Shown piece after piece: positions 12,214-25,700 of a DNA stretch of 64,000 nucleotides. The stretch's first letter is position 1. Each line of letters starts with the position of its first letter. Below the pieces are notes generated by a model. The model saw nothing but the letters and a program-made list of their open reading frames with translations, was not told where the DNA came from and made no database searches. The stretch is from Azolla caroliniana (taxonomy: Eukaryota; Plantae; Polypodiophyta): the NCBI GenBank assembly GCA_043228905.1, contig JBHGNT010000020.1, positions 13,392,001 to 13,456,000 of the forward strand, written 5' to 3'. Made by a program: the position numbers and the translations under genes.

Positions 12214-12795
12214 CTCACTTCTACTTCTTTCTTGATTTCTTTTTTTTCCTTTTTTTTTGGGGTAAAAGCACACAATTATATTAATTGATTTCTCTCTCTC
12301 TTTCTCTCCCTTGCTTTGATCAAGTTGTAATTCTTTTTTTCTTACTTTCTTTCTCAAGTTCTTTGCTTTGATCAAGTTGTACTTTATTCTTTCTTTCTTT
12401 CTCACCCTCTCTCACACACAAGTTATAATTTATCATTGATGAAATAAATCCTCAACTTTCCAACTTTACATCTCTACTTCTCTCCAATAAGTGATCTCTC
12501 TCCTCTCTATGATATTGTGTCTTTGTGTTATATATTTTTTAGCAAAATATATGGAAAATAATTTAGGTCAAGACAAACTAAACAAGATGTTACATGTTCT
12601 ATAGGAAATCAAGGTGTTTAAAATTACAGTAGCTTGTTTGTTATGGATCCTTATCATATGTTATGTGATAATGAATTAGATACTTAGATAAGCTTGTGGG
12701 TTTTGGGTTAGAGGAGTGCATCTACAATTTTGTACCTCAACAAGTACTCAACGTGTTACCAACTTACCTCTTATACTCCTTCTGGTAACATACAT

Positions 12796-12796
<1 letters not shown>

Positions 12797-12836
<40 letters not shown>
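12797..12836. repeat. (CT)20 microsatellite
   Basis: Read directly from the sequence. Similar (CT)n/(TG)n tracts occur at ~9446, 12183, 21382 and 44087. Confidence 0.95.
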
Positions 12837-12838
<2 letters not shown>

Positions 12839-13269
12839 ATTGTTTTGATTGAAAGAAAGTTTTGTGGGATTTTAATTAATATTTGGTTTAATGTCAACTT
12901 AAACATTGTCATGTTTTCAAAGTATTTTACAAAATATCTTTGTTTAGAATCCACTTAGAAAAAATCATTTGTTCTATTAATTATTGTACTCTATCAATTT
13001 TTTGTGTATTTGTAAAATGTTCTTTATTCATAATTTTACATGATCCACTTCTTATTGTTTATCATAATTATGGCTCTCGAAAGCAAAAATCAACGGACCA
13101 TTACTACAATGTTTGCATAGAAACCACCAAATGATACAAATGAGATAAATATAAACCATGATTTAAATGAGGATGTGGAATTGTTTGTGACTAATTTAGA
13201 GAGTTTAACTCAAGAGATTTGTTCCTCTAAAATAACCAAAGAAAATTCCGTGATGAATGGAGAGATAAA

Positions 13270-13380
13270 TTCCCATAGATACAATGCTCTTTTGGTTATT
13301 CCATCTAGCACAGTTTCATGTGAGAGAGGGTTCTCTAAGCAAAATTTAATCAAAGAAATTGAAAAGAAAGAACTTGTCTT
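13270..13380 (+). pseudogene. Decayed hAT transposase fragment (C-terminal dimerisation domain)
   Basis: ORF 13175..13471 contains LLVIPSSTVSCERGFSKQNLIK, matching the hAT dimerisation motif (P.S...CERxFS). Confidence 0.65.
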
Positions 13381-15249
13381 AGCTTTCTCAAAAGCCATTC
13401 TTGTTCTTTGGGTTCCCAACATGACATTTTGTACATTAACCAAGCCCAAGTGTGCCATACAATTGAACTAGGGTAGAAGGGAGTGCTTATATTGCCATAT
13501 CAAAAGATGAGATGTTGCTAATACCTCTTATGGCAAAGATCTTGTTTTTTCCCTTTTAAGTGATGGATGCCACTCCGAAAAATTCAAAACACTATGCCAA
13601 GAAGCCAATAAATGTTGGGTTATCAATGACCTTGCACTTTTTTTTTGTCTATCACTATTTACTACATGCCACCATAGAGGCTATCATCTTCGTCTTCCCA
13701 TGCTTGATACCTTCTTTCTCAATAAAGTACACGAGTGATAATTTATGCCGATGGTGGTTGTCCCTCAAACATAACCTTAAGATAAGAGAATATTTGAGCC
13801 ACCATATATGTTCATGAAGATTTAGAAGTGTCATTCCACCATGTCTTTTGGGAGCACAAAGAATTACTCCATGCCACCTGAATAAGGCATTATCTTTCTT
13901 TCCTCTTTCATAATGTGAACCACATTGAGGTTGCTAACTTCCCAATAGCGCTTTATGACCAAGACAACAATGGTAAATAACACGATATCATCAGGATCAT
14001 GATTGATTAGACAACTTTCAGCCTAACATGAAATGGATAAGCTTTTGATTGATTTCCAATAAATAATTTTGTGTAAAATTGGAGTGGATATTTCAATCGA
14101 GGATTTTCACTCTACACACATCCCAGCCAATGGGATAACCTAAATGAAGACTACCACCCTTGTCCAACGAAGATCAACTAAATTTCTCATCGCACATGAG
14201 ATCAAGACTTATTTATCCATGTTAATATTCAATCACAAAGTTGTATCTCTCTTAAGATGGAGTTCCATTAAAAGGAAGGGGTCACGTCAAAGTTCCTCAT
14301 CATGAGCTCAACATTATCCCATGAATCATATCAATCTCTTAACATAAATATATCCATCTATAGCTCATATTTTACCTTATAAAAGTCATAGTTGACCTTT
14401 GAGAATGGTAATAAACATCCACTATCTATATGAAGATGCCCACCCCCCCTCTACTCGTTGAGAAACATAGGCACACATTGGATGATTCCTAATCTATGGA
14501 CATGACTTTCCCTATAGGAGACACAAAGTAGAGTCACAAACACGATATCCTTATTATGCCTAGGGCATTCAACATATTTAAATCAATGATGCCTTTCACT
14601 TAATGTTGAATTGTTTGACAATGATTATTAGTCCTAGATCCTTTTCTTCATCACCTTTTTGTTTACATGCATCAAGTTTCATGTGCCCTTACCCCCCCCC
14701 CCCCCCCCCCTTGCTTTCACATTTGGTTGGTCGACTAAGAGTTGAGTTCAAGCTAGTTCTTCATTCTTACAAGTTTTCATAATATATTGTGGAAAGATAG
14801 AATGTCAGTGTCTCTGTATCTTGTGTACCCTCTCCTTTGTCTATGTGCTACCATTTATTTATACAAGACCTCTACATTGTGGTCATTGTTGAGTTCTCTA
14901 CATGTACTTATATAACAATGGTTGTGAGAGGCAACTTTGTTGAACATTGACATCCCAAACTCCAACAAGTGGCAATGGTGTAAGGTTCGATAGGAGTATT
15001 CATAGAGGTGTGCAAAATAATTCTTGGAGAGTAGAACAAAATCTTTAAAGAGAAGAATTTGGATGACATGGATCTATGAAGAGAACAATTGCTTAATTAA
15101 ACTATTGTGTGAGTATATAGGAGTTTGGTTGAGGTGGGAGTGTGTCAAATTTCCTTTCTTTTCAACTCCTCACTTTAAAAAATTTCTTGATCAACAACTT
15201 ATTCAAACTCAAAAGTTATTTGGATGTGTAAACAATAGTGAAGCCTAGA

Positions 15250-16950
15250 AATTAATGTGTATTAGAGTTCTACGTCATAGTAATGCAAGTCGTGGTGGAA
15301 GAGGCAATACCCAACATGCTTATGAGAATATCAAAAAGTTGTTCAACCAATGGTGGTCCACATTCATAGGGAAATGAAATAAGATAATGGAATGGTTCTC
15401 ATATTTGACGGCAACACAAAGTGTTATTATGAATCAAGAAGAAAATCCTAGAGGAACTCAATTTTTCGGTCCAGTAGTGAGGGAACCAAGAGAGTATGAT
15501 TCTGCCATAATAGTTTCAACTTTCACTAGCTCCAAATGTTTTTAAAAAAGCAACAATGTTATTAACATCAAACTACCACCATGTCATCTTACACTTCATT
15601 GCATGGAACTACATACATAGGAAGCTCCAAAGGGATTTTTCGCCTCTATGAAGAGAAATTTCAAAAGTACATAATTTTGATTGAACCAACTTCGTTCTAT
15701 GGAAGAATCTTATGACATTCTTATTCAAAGGAGACTTATTGACAATAAGAGATCCACTAAAATGGAGGATAAAGTTTGCTCAAATTTGGAACAACTAGCT
15801 ATCTTGACAATGCACTCACACTTAGCGAACAATGCCTACTTCATCTTGTATCATGAAAAGTTAAGAGCAACATTCAAAGAATTGGATCGATATAAAATTT
15901 TGAAGGAATTTCATTGGGTCGCATCTCACATCAATAATTGACAACTTCCTTCAACAATCAAAGGTTCCGCATGTGAACCTAGAGCTAGAGATTCAAATCA
16001 TCATGATCGTTTGCATATTGTCCACTTTGTGTAACACCTTCATAAAGCTCAAAAGATATGTCGAAAGCTTCTCAACAAGGAGATTCATTGACAGTCAATG
16101 GCTATTGTATAAGATGTGGAATTAACATATAATATACATATTACAAACATTGCCCTCGAAAGGTCTATAGTGGAGTTGAAGTAAAGAGCGACGCATGAAA
16201 GAGAATACCCACATCCAAAGCTATTCATAGTTAAAGTACAATGGAATGTTATTCCTACCACCAAAAGGGTCACAACAAAGATTGTTGAACGCTATGAGTC
16301 TTAGAAGGAACATGATATGCAAGTGAGGTGATTCACAATCCCATCCTCAATTAGGATAGAGCAATTTAACATCCTCAATGGGTTGAAAATCCTTTACTTT
16401 AAAAAGGGATATAGTCTCATGGTGGACAAGAAAGGTATCATTCATGCACGTGGTTTTGTAGTTTCGAAAGCGTCATTTCACATGACACCAAATAAAGTGA
16501 AATCACAACATATGAGGCATATCAACTGAGGACAATGGATCTAGGAATTTGGCATTATTATGTGACAATTAGCATTGAATTTATAGCTTTGGAGTTATGG
16601 GATCGGATGTAGCTCATGTTGGAGCCTACCACTTCCTCAAATTGATTTATTTCTCTTCAATGGGCTTGATGGATGAAATAAATATGGAGTGTCCTTGAGG
16701 ATGTCTTTGTTTTTCTCAAACATAGTCAAACATGGGAGGTTGAGGTAGAGATGCCTCCTACACCAACATGACTCTCCCTATTGATAGGCACAAAATAAGC
16801 CCTGGAACACCAAATAAGTCTATTGATTAGGCTATACAACATATAAAACTTGACAAGGATAATGCCTTTTCAAATGTTATCACTCTAAGCTATGGAATGG
16901 CCATTTGCAACTCAAGATGCCTTCAACTTCCCATTCATCTCTTTTTGCTC
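15250..16950 (+). mobile_element. Highly decayed LTR-retrotransposon-like pol remnant
   Basis: Only short stop-riddled pol-like peptides (e.g. KILKEFH at ~15895; an RT DD-like gaggatgtctttgttttttct at ~16698). No long ORF and no LTR pair seen. Confidence 0.35.
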
Positions 16951-17783
16951 TTACTTTCACCCTCTTTATAAGGTTTCACAACTCTTTTCTCCCTCTAATG
17001 ATGTGATTGATGAATGAGGAAGCTCCATGCCTTAATTGTTTGTTTATGTGCTCTCTCCACTCAATATTAACATGATTGGGTCAACATATTAACCTTTATG
17101 CTTCCTTTCCCCACCTTAGGCAACTAAGGAAGCTTCAAAATCATTGTTGCCCTCATAATCGATTTCTCCAATTCCATATATTACCAAATACATCACCACT
17201 CTACATCTTTAATTCGTTTTTCTTTGTTCTTGCTGGAAGACAAAATGTGAGCTCTAAATTCTTCAGTCTTGTAAAGTCTTATCCAACTTTTATGTCCTAT
17301 TCATTGATTGTCACATACCAACAAATCCAATGTAGCAATACATAATTTAATGTTCTCCAACAATTCATTAAGCATAGGTTATTATCATTTTTTAAGTTTT
17401 TGTCATGAAAAAAAAGTTTTTTTTTGGCAATTGACTTCTTTTATTTTGAGATGCTGACATTTTAGACATGAAAAGAACATTTATAGCTTTTAATGAATAC
17501 AAAAGATTTTACTTCTTTGAAAAAGTGACATTAACATGAAAGACTTGTATTTTGACATCAGGGGATATAATACATGATTGTTTACAAGAATGTGACAAAG
17601 CTAGCTAGGTATTTGACACATGTTTGAGTTTTGGGAATCCTATACAATTTCTATAGCCTTGAGAGAGTGTTTTGAGTAATAAAGTGTGTGTGGATGTGTG
17701 CAGATGCAATGAAGGACTAAATTAAGAGAGCCTTCTTCTTATAGTATTACTAATATATGCCATGTCATCTGAATTAACTTTCT

Positions 17784-20397
17784 CTAATTGACAATGTCCA
17801 CATCCACTAGTTCTGGCATGCCCCTTTCACTTCCATTATCAAGGAGCTCTATTCCCAGTTGGCCTTTGTCACCGGCTCCAAATGCATAAATCTTACCCGA
17901 GTCCGTGAGAGCAAGGGTATGTGCATTGCACGTCTCCGTATTTGTTAAGCTTATGTGCACAACATGTGCTCCCTGCTCTTTCAAGGGTAGCACTAGCTTC
18001 GGAGACAACACGCTCTCGTGGCCATGGGACTAGACAACCGAGTCAAAAACTAATTACATATATGGATATGGATGGACACGTACATATGCAAATGGACAGA
18101 CACATGAATAAATGTATGTGCATGGATATGCATACGGATGTGGATATACAGATGCATTTGTACATGTGTAGAGGATTCTTTTACAATACAAAATGCAATG
18201 CATATGGAGCGTATGCCTACTGGATTATTTTATGCGGGATGGATATGCATGTGCACATGCATATTAGATCATTTGGAAATAAATAAAAGCTGTCATATTA
18301 GCAGTCATAGCATGCGATTATGGGTACATTGATGCGTACATGCATAAATATGTATATATGTATGTATATGTATATATATATGTATGTATGCACATATGTA
18401 TATATGTATGTATGTGTTTATGTATAAAGAGAGAGAGACCTTGAGATGACCCAAGCTTGCCTCTCCACATCCAAATGAATAGACATCTCCATTGTCTGCA
18501 ACGACAAACGTAGTATAATCACCCGTTGCCACATGAACGGCTTTTACTCCTTGCAAAGCCGATACTACTTTAGGAGCTCCTTCACATTCCTCATTCCCAT
18601 GCCCCAAGCACCCATAGCGGCCCCATCCCCAAGTACACACACGACCATCTTGGCTTACCACGGCAGCATGCCATGCCCCCGCAGCAACTGAGATTGGGTT
18701 GAATTTCATCTCCTGTAACCGTTCAATCATGCGCGGATATTTCTCATCTGTCCTCGATCCATGACCTAGCTTACCTCCGAGTCCACAACCCACTGAATAC
18801 ACTGACCTACAAACCCCCGTAGAGTTAATCAAGTTAGATTTAGTCAAGATAGTTAACCATCTGGCTAAGCAGGTTCCACATTACTTGCACAAAAGATCAA
18901 GAGTCAAAACATCTGTTGGTTTAGACTTTTACATGCCGCAAGGTTGATAAGCAAGTGCAAGCAAGTAGCAAAACCCTGCCGCAATCTGAACCACAGGAAT
19001 ATGCTCTAAAGGCCCCATCAATTGATATGGTTTCAAATCTTGGCTGTCAGTTCCATGCCCCAGCCTTGCATCAGATCCCCAACAAAGGGTAAAAACTCGT
19101 CCTTCTTTTGACAAGATGGCCGTGAAATAGTTCCCTATCGCTGTCTGAACAACAAAGATTCCTTCAAGAGATTCCACAAGGCAGGGTGTACTTATGTACT
19201 TTACACCGGCGCTCCCATGGTCCGATTCGCTGAAGGTGTTCTTCCCAAAAGCATATACTTTGCCCATATCAGTGACGAGCATTGTCCGGCCAATCCCAGC
19301 CGTGGCTTGAATGACACGAATCCCCTGCAATGATCTGTTGAAATCTCTATCAGATTGAGATTCAATCAAACAACACCATAGGCCTCGATGCTAATGACAA
19401 TATCAAATAGGGTTAAGGGTGTTGGTAATCTCTATTAGACCTAGACGTATATCATACATATGATTCCATGCAAATTATAACGAAAAGTCATGATTCTATC
19501 TCAACCCATGCCGTAGGATTCAATGCAAAATTTACAGTCACAAAAATCCAATTAGATTTTGATGACCACACCATCAGGTACAATTCACTGCAATGCAAAA
19601 AACATTAATGATGACATAACAGAGCATTCAGCTAACCTTAAAACTCGAGGCCGCCATTCTTGGCCCAAAGAACCATGACCCAACTGACCAGTTGAATTTG
19701 AACCAAATGTAAACACTTTTCCTGATCCCGTTACGACAACACTATGCCCAGGACCAGCAATAGCTTGACACTTTTCTCTTCTAAAGCTACACTCCCCAGA
19801 TTTCAAGTACTTCAATACAAGCTTCCACGATCCACCGCACCTTTGTTTCAAAATCTCTTTTTCCTCTATGTTCATTGGCTTGAAAATAGCTCTGCTTTGG
19901 CACATATCCAACGCCGCAAGTTCAGCCAATGAGAGTGTGGAGTCGGGGGGGAAATTTGCAGGGTTATTGAAGAATGAGCAAGTCCCCTGCACAGTACAGA
20001 AAAAGGAATCATATAACACCACACATAAAGGCCCATAAAACACAAAATTGTGCACAATGGAGTAAAAATATAAGTGTATCTAGAGAAATTCTTTTTCAAT
20101 CTATTAGTGTCTTCTTCTTTTTGTCTGTTTTGTGTTTGTTTTACTTTTATTATTAAGACTTGCCTCTAATCGAGCTAGATCCTCAGGATTGAGATTGCAT
20201 TCACTTAGAACATGAAGGACAATGGATGGATTCGCTGATAATGGAAACTCTCCTTGAACATAATCGTTATAACATATCCTCTTTCCCGAGACTAAGGCGG
20301 AGGAGGATGGTGATGAAGAGCATGGTTGTAAATGAACACTACTAGCACAATATGGAATCTTCCAGAGGGCATCTTCACTCGATGTGGTATCATCCAT
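17784..20397 (-). CDS. RCC1-repeat (UVR8-superfamily) beta-propeller protein of the Arabidopsis AT3G26100/AT3G15430 type, ~532 aa, 5 coding exons
   Basis: Exons 20397..20164 (GC donor), 19986..19637, 19334..18933, 18806..18440, 18029..17784 (1599 nt, in frame). Recognised blocks GEFPLSANPSIVLHVL, LSLAELAALDMC, RCGGSWKLVL, AGPGHS, VYSVGCGLGGKLGHGSRTDEKYP and WGWGRYGCLGHG. Confidence 0.92.
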
Positions 20398-21563
20398 TCG
20401 GGAACTTATGACAAACCAATGCTGAACTATATAAGCTGTAAACACACAAACACCCATGATTAAGTTCATCTAAAGGTTAATACAAGCTATTGACGTGTGC
20501 TTACATAATATTTCTTCCTATGCTATATCTAAAGATCAATCCAAGTGGGGCCGTGTTGTTGTGCCATTAAGGTACTTATCCTCCCTAATCCAAGACATGA
20601 CGAAGTCTCGGCAATAGGTATCATATAATTCTTCAACTACCCATTCATCTATTACTGCTATACCTAAAGATTAATACAACCCATTCATGATGTGCGAATT
20701 ACATATAAAGATTCTACTAAGGCAAACACATGCTATTTTTTTCCTCTTAAATTCGTTTATTTCTTATCAAAGAAAGGATAAATCCTTACGGACAATAAGA
20801 GTCTTAAGTATCCCTTCTTAACAAATGCTCTTGATCTTGTATTTCCTCTTCCTGTCTTCCTTGCTCTCTCACTCTTTTCTCTCCCCTCTGCTCCTTGAAG
20901 AAGGGAACAAACAAACCCCAATCTGAAAAAAGAAAGAAATGTAATTCTGCAATCAGATAAAATATTTTAACATTTTTTTTACAGCATTACTTGATGCAAA
21001 CGATGAGGATTTTCCCATATATTATGCAAAGAACGGAAGTGAAGTCAATGGATGATAAAAAAAACAAATACATAAAGCTCCCAGAAACAATACATGTACA
21101 AAAACAAAAACAGAACAAAACAGTTGGATATACACAGATGAAAAGACAGAGAACTGTAGAATGGATTTCATTTCTTTACTTCTAGATTACAAAGAGAGGG
21201 ATTGAAACCCTTGAATCAAATAAAACAATGAGAGTAATATACAGTAGTTTTTGGGTGTAGTACACACAGATCAGAGAAGCAAAATGCTCTCTCTCTCAAG
21301 AAGGAGAAGGAGAAGGAGAAGGAGAAGGAAATGCTCTGTTCTCTTTTTTGGGGTGGGGGGGGTCAAAATGCTCTGTTTCTTTCTCTCTCTCTCTCTCTCT
21401 CTCTCTTTGTGCTTGCATTATTCACATGTGAAAAGATATTTGTCTCACACACCCCACACCCATCTACATACATACATACATATTTGCCTACATTCACAAT
21501 ACACAACAAAACAGTATGTACTCAATAGAAGCGAGAAAGAAAGAGAGCGAGCAAGAGACTTGC

Positions 21564-22270
21564 TAGCGATGGGCACGGTTTCGGCTCGAACCGAACCGTT
21601 AAGTGGTTTATTGGTTCAAAGATAAGTAAACCATTTGGTTTGTTTTCGAATATTATGATCCGGTTTGGTTTCAAATATTATGATCCGGTTTGGTTTCGGT
21701 TTGGTTTTGAATTTCATGGTTTAGTGGTTTATCGGTTTCAGTTCGGTTTGGTTTTGAATTTCACGGTTTAACGGTTTAACGGTTTGGTTTGGTTTTGATT
21801 TATGATAAACCAATTTGGTTTGGTTCGAATTTTTTCATAAACGGTTTGCTTTAAACGGTTCAGCTCTAAAAGGTTCGGTTTAAATGGCTTCATAAAAATT
21901 AAACAGTGTGGTTTGGTTTCGGTTTGGTTTTGAATTTCATGGTTTAGCAGTTTAGCGGTTTCAATTCGGTTCGGTTTTGAATTTCACGGTTTAACGGTTT
22001 CGGCTTATGTGGTTTGGTTTGAAGGTTTAAAAGTTTTGAAGGTTTATAGGTTTATCGGTTTGGTTTGGTTCTAAATTTTTCATAAACGGTTTGGTTTAAA
22101 CTGTTCGGTTTAAATGGCTTCATAAAATTTAAACAGTGCGGTTTGGTTTGGTTCTAAATTTTTCATAAACGGTTTGGTTTAAACTGTTCGGTTTAAATGG
22201 CTTCATAAAATTAAAACTGTGTGGTTTGGTTTGGTTTCAAGACCAAGAAACCGAACCGCACCCATTGCTA
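21564..22270. mobile_element. Non-autonomous hAT (Ac/Ds-like) DNA transposon, 707 bp
   Basis: TIRs TAGCGATGGGCACGGTT and, read as reverse complement, TAGCAATGGGTGCGGTT. Perfect 8-bp TSD AGACTTGC (21556-21563, 22271-22278). The interior is made of dozens of GGTTT/CGGTTT (AAACCG) motifs and internal duplications. Confidence 0.9.
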
Positions 22271-22276
22271 AGACTT

Positions 22277-22380
22277 GCCTCGATAGATGTAGCTCAGTTG
22301 GTAAGGTTGCCATGTGGAGATTACAAGGTCATGGGTTCAAACCTCGCATTCCACAATGGCATCTAGTGATTTAAGAGATC
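22277..22380 (+). mobile_element. tRNA-derived SINE, copy 2
   Basis: GATGTAGCTCAGTTGGTAAGG (A box), GGGTTCAAACC (B box) and tail GGCATCTAGTGATTTAAGAGAT shared with copy 1. Confidence 0.8.
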
Positions 22381-23299
22381 TATGTACAAAATAATAGAAG
22401 AAAGGTTAGAAATTTGGGTCTTGAACCCAAGACAAAAGTGTTTGTTGGTTGTACCAATAGGGTAACCTAATTTTGCAATAAAAACTAGAAAAGGTGGGAG
22501 ATAATTATGAATTACGATAAAAAGAAGAGAAAGGGTGGGAGAGACCACCTCTAGAATAGAAGAGTCTTTCCTCGCTCTTTTGACTTGTGGGCGTATCCAT
22601 CACCCACATACAACATCCATTCTCTTAACAAGAGTGTTGAAACCATTGTTGTGCATGCGGTTCTTTGACTTCCACATCCTTGAATCGCTCTGTGCTTTGG
22701 CTCAACTCCATCGACTTGTCCTCTTTAAGATCTGGCCTCCAGCGAGAACAACTACTACTGTGTGTGTGTGTGTGTGTGCGTGCGTACAACATGCGAAACA
22801 CTATGATGAGCTTCCACACAATGAAATCTCTAGCCTCCTTTGTCCTAGCCCAATTCCACCCCATGGAGAAGAAGGGACTCAAGCAAAATGGATTTTAGAG
22901 ATGATGAAGACTCTTGCTTAGGCCTACCATATGCAAGAAGCAAGTTGATGTGTCGTAACATTTTCGGAAAAAGAGGGGCTTTGTTTGAACTCTCTCTCTC
23001 TCCTAGAAGAGACAAAACGTGTATGGATAGATGTTCGTCCATAGCTAATTCACAAGCAAGCGAATATTGCACTATCGAAAACATCTTGTTTCAAAGTTTT
23101 CACGGCACAAACGAGCGTTATAACTAACTGTGATCCCTATCCACTTGAGTGTTAACCACGTTTACATCACACCCTAACTATGTTTATGTCCCCCACAGGA
23201 GTGGGGGATAAAAGCATATTTATGGTTGCATAAAAAGTTGCCTCTTCTATTTAAAAAATGTATATTCAAGCCCAACAAATTTGTTTCGCAATTGGGTAA

Positions 23300-25700
23300 G
23301 GTAAGCCATGGTTAGGCCATCAAAGAAATGTTGGTAGTTAGGATTGGCGAAAGCCCTATAAAGCCATTGTATCAGTTGCATTGTGCTAGTTATGGATGAT
23401 AAACATGATACTATTATGTCCTCTTGATTTGATCATTGTCATTATCGTAATATTCATCATGTTTTTTGATGATCCTTCAAATATATAGTTGTGTTCATTA
23501 CGCAACCACTAAGTGTTATTCTCTCAATTGCCATGAATGAAACAATGAAAGTCTATAACTAAGAGACAAGAAATACCCAAGAAAAAATTAAGAAATTAAT
23601 ATTAAAGACATAGTATGGACAATGTAGCAAATGACACAATAATAGGAGGGAGTTTGCAAAGATTCACATCTACATTGAACCAATTTGATATGTTGAATTG
23701 CTTCTTTATAAAGTCTGGTACATCTCTTTCGTGTTAATGCACATATGATTCTTGAGCGAGTTGTTTAGATGGAATTGGCACTGCTTGCCTATTGCATGTG
23801 GGAGAATTAGGCAGGAGTATCTTTTGAAACATTCTAGAGGCAATTGCCTCTTTCTTGTCTAATGCATGTGAAATAGTTAGGCAAGACTAGTGACAATCAT
23901 ATACATAAGAGATTTGTATGATCGTAACATCAATCAATTGAGTTTTAGCTTGCATACTCTTACTAGTAACATAACATGGAGAGATACCGTTATCTACTTT
24001 CAAACAAAATCATAGAATATTGTGTCAGCTTGTGAGATACCATAACATGAGGGGGCAAGAATATGTGATGGCTCATTTGTGAGTTTTCCCATGGATGTAT
24101 CAAGTGAAACCCTTGGACAAACTTTTTCCAACATTTTAGAAAAAAACTTCCAATGGCGTTTCGTTCAATTTTGGTGGAGCTAAAATTTCAATTGTTAATC
24201 CACTCTAAACTGGAGACCTCATTGTTGATTGTTCTGTCTTTTACAAATTGAACTATCTCCTCAACTTGCTTGAGAGATGGAATCTAGACCCCTTCTTCCA
24301 TCAATCACCAACCTTGGGATGGGTGTGCACATTGAAATCACTTAGAGCAAGTTATTTCAATAGTATGAGATTGGATCCATGAATAGGGAGTGGATATCAT
24401 GCACAAGTGGAGCACCCTTGTATATAGATGGAATACCTATATCTAAGGTTAGAACTTAGAACCATAGGCATCCATAACATTGTCTTGAAAAGGGTCTTCT
24501 TTTGGTTGTTGGGTATATCTCGAGATTTAATTGAACCCCATGAACTTCACGAGAAGTATGCTTGTAACATACTCCATTACTTCTCCAAATCATTGGCCTT
24601 AAATTGACCTCTATAATATTGTTACATGTAAACTCATTGTAAGATAATTGTTATTCCGCGACAATTTTCCGTTGAGTTATATTTGATGTAATATACATAC
24701 GGGGAGATTATATTATTTGGTGCATGTGTCACTTTCAATCGAGTTTCTACCAATGTTGTAGTTTTGGTTGTCCTATTACATGCAAAGGAGGATCATATTA
24801 CCTTATATTATATTTTTATAATTATGTCCAATCTATTTATTGGATTAAAGAAAAGAGATGAATTGACCGAAATAATCAAGGAGCATAATTAAACTTGATG
24901 GGAGAGTAAGCTCACACACCATGGGTTGGATATTAATGATACTTTGATGTTGCTAAACAATAATGTTAAATCATTTTTCTTATAGAGGGATGCTAATTCA
25001 TTTTTCTTATATAATGTTATTTTCATGATTTAGGAATGGATTTTTCTTTCTAAGTGGCCTTACCATTAAACACTTATTAATTGAAACATTTAGGAAACCT
25101 TTAATAGATGTCTGACTTTCTTGACTAAATTAAAATTCTCAAAGGTGCATTGAAATGATTTAAAGGAAAACGAGTAAATGTAATGAGCATTAATAATTAG
25201 CAACAATATCAAAAGGTTGCGAAGTAGCAGATATGAATGGGCTTCCACCACTAATGACACGAAATCAATCAAATGAGAGTTGTTATTGATTTAGGAATTT
25301 CAAGTGGGACGTTTAAAGAGGAAGTTTTGGCTACGAAAAATGTAGAGATGGTTAATTATTGCATGGCAAATAAAGAGTAATGAATACGTAATGCACATTA
25401 AATCAATAGTGAGGTCAGTAACAAACGAATATCAAGATAGATAATATTGACAAAGCTACGAAACGAAGGTGCATGCATTAGAAAGCCTACAAATGCAAAG
25501 CCCACTATTGGCATCTCTTTGTGGTTGTTTATATTCCATATAGGAGTGTCTGTACTCTACATCCTTGAGTAATTGATAATAAGTTTTCGTTTTTTTGGCA
25601 ACCAAACCTCCAAGATGAGGTTTATACAAAGAAACCCCTTAGATGATTTCCTTCCACATGGTTCATTCGACCAATCCTTTGATTTTCCTAAGTGTATATT
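23300..25700 (+). mobile_element. Highly decayed LTR-retrotransposon-like remnant
   Basis: No ORF above ~60 aa. Scattered pol-like fragments (e.g. a YxDD-like gagattatattatttgg at ~24704). Boundaries are approximate. Confidence 0.3.

Noticed and set aside
12024-12958. ORFs with RERERE / SLSLSL runs (also at 9174-9504, 21251-21625, 48732-49157, 50850-51092)
   Set aside because: Translations of (GA)n, (CT)n and (ACAT)n microsatellites.
14692-14710. C19 homopolymer (potential G-quadruplex)
   Set aside because: Isolated, in TE-derived DNA. Length is unreliable and there is no functional context.
22277-22380. Possible tRNA gene (A and B boxes)
   Set aside because: No consistent anticodon arm, three divergent copies, and a shared non-tRNA tail. 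Called a SINE instead.
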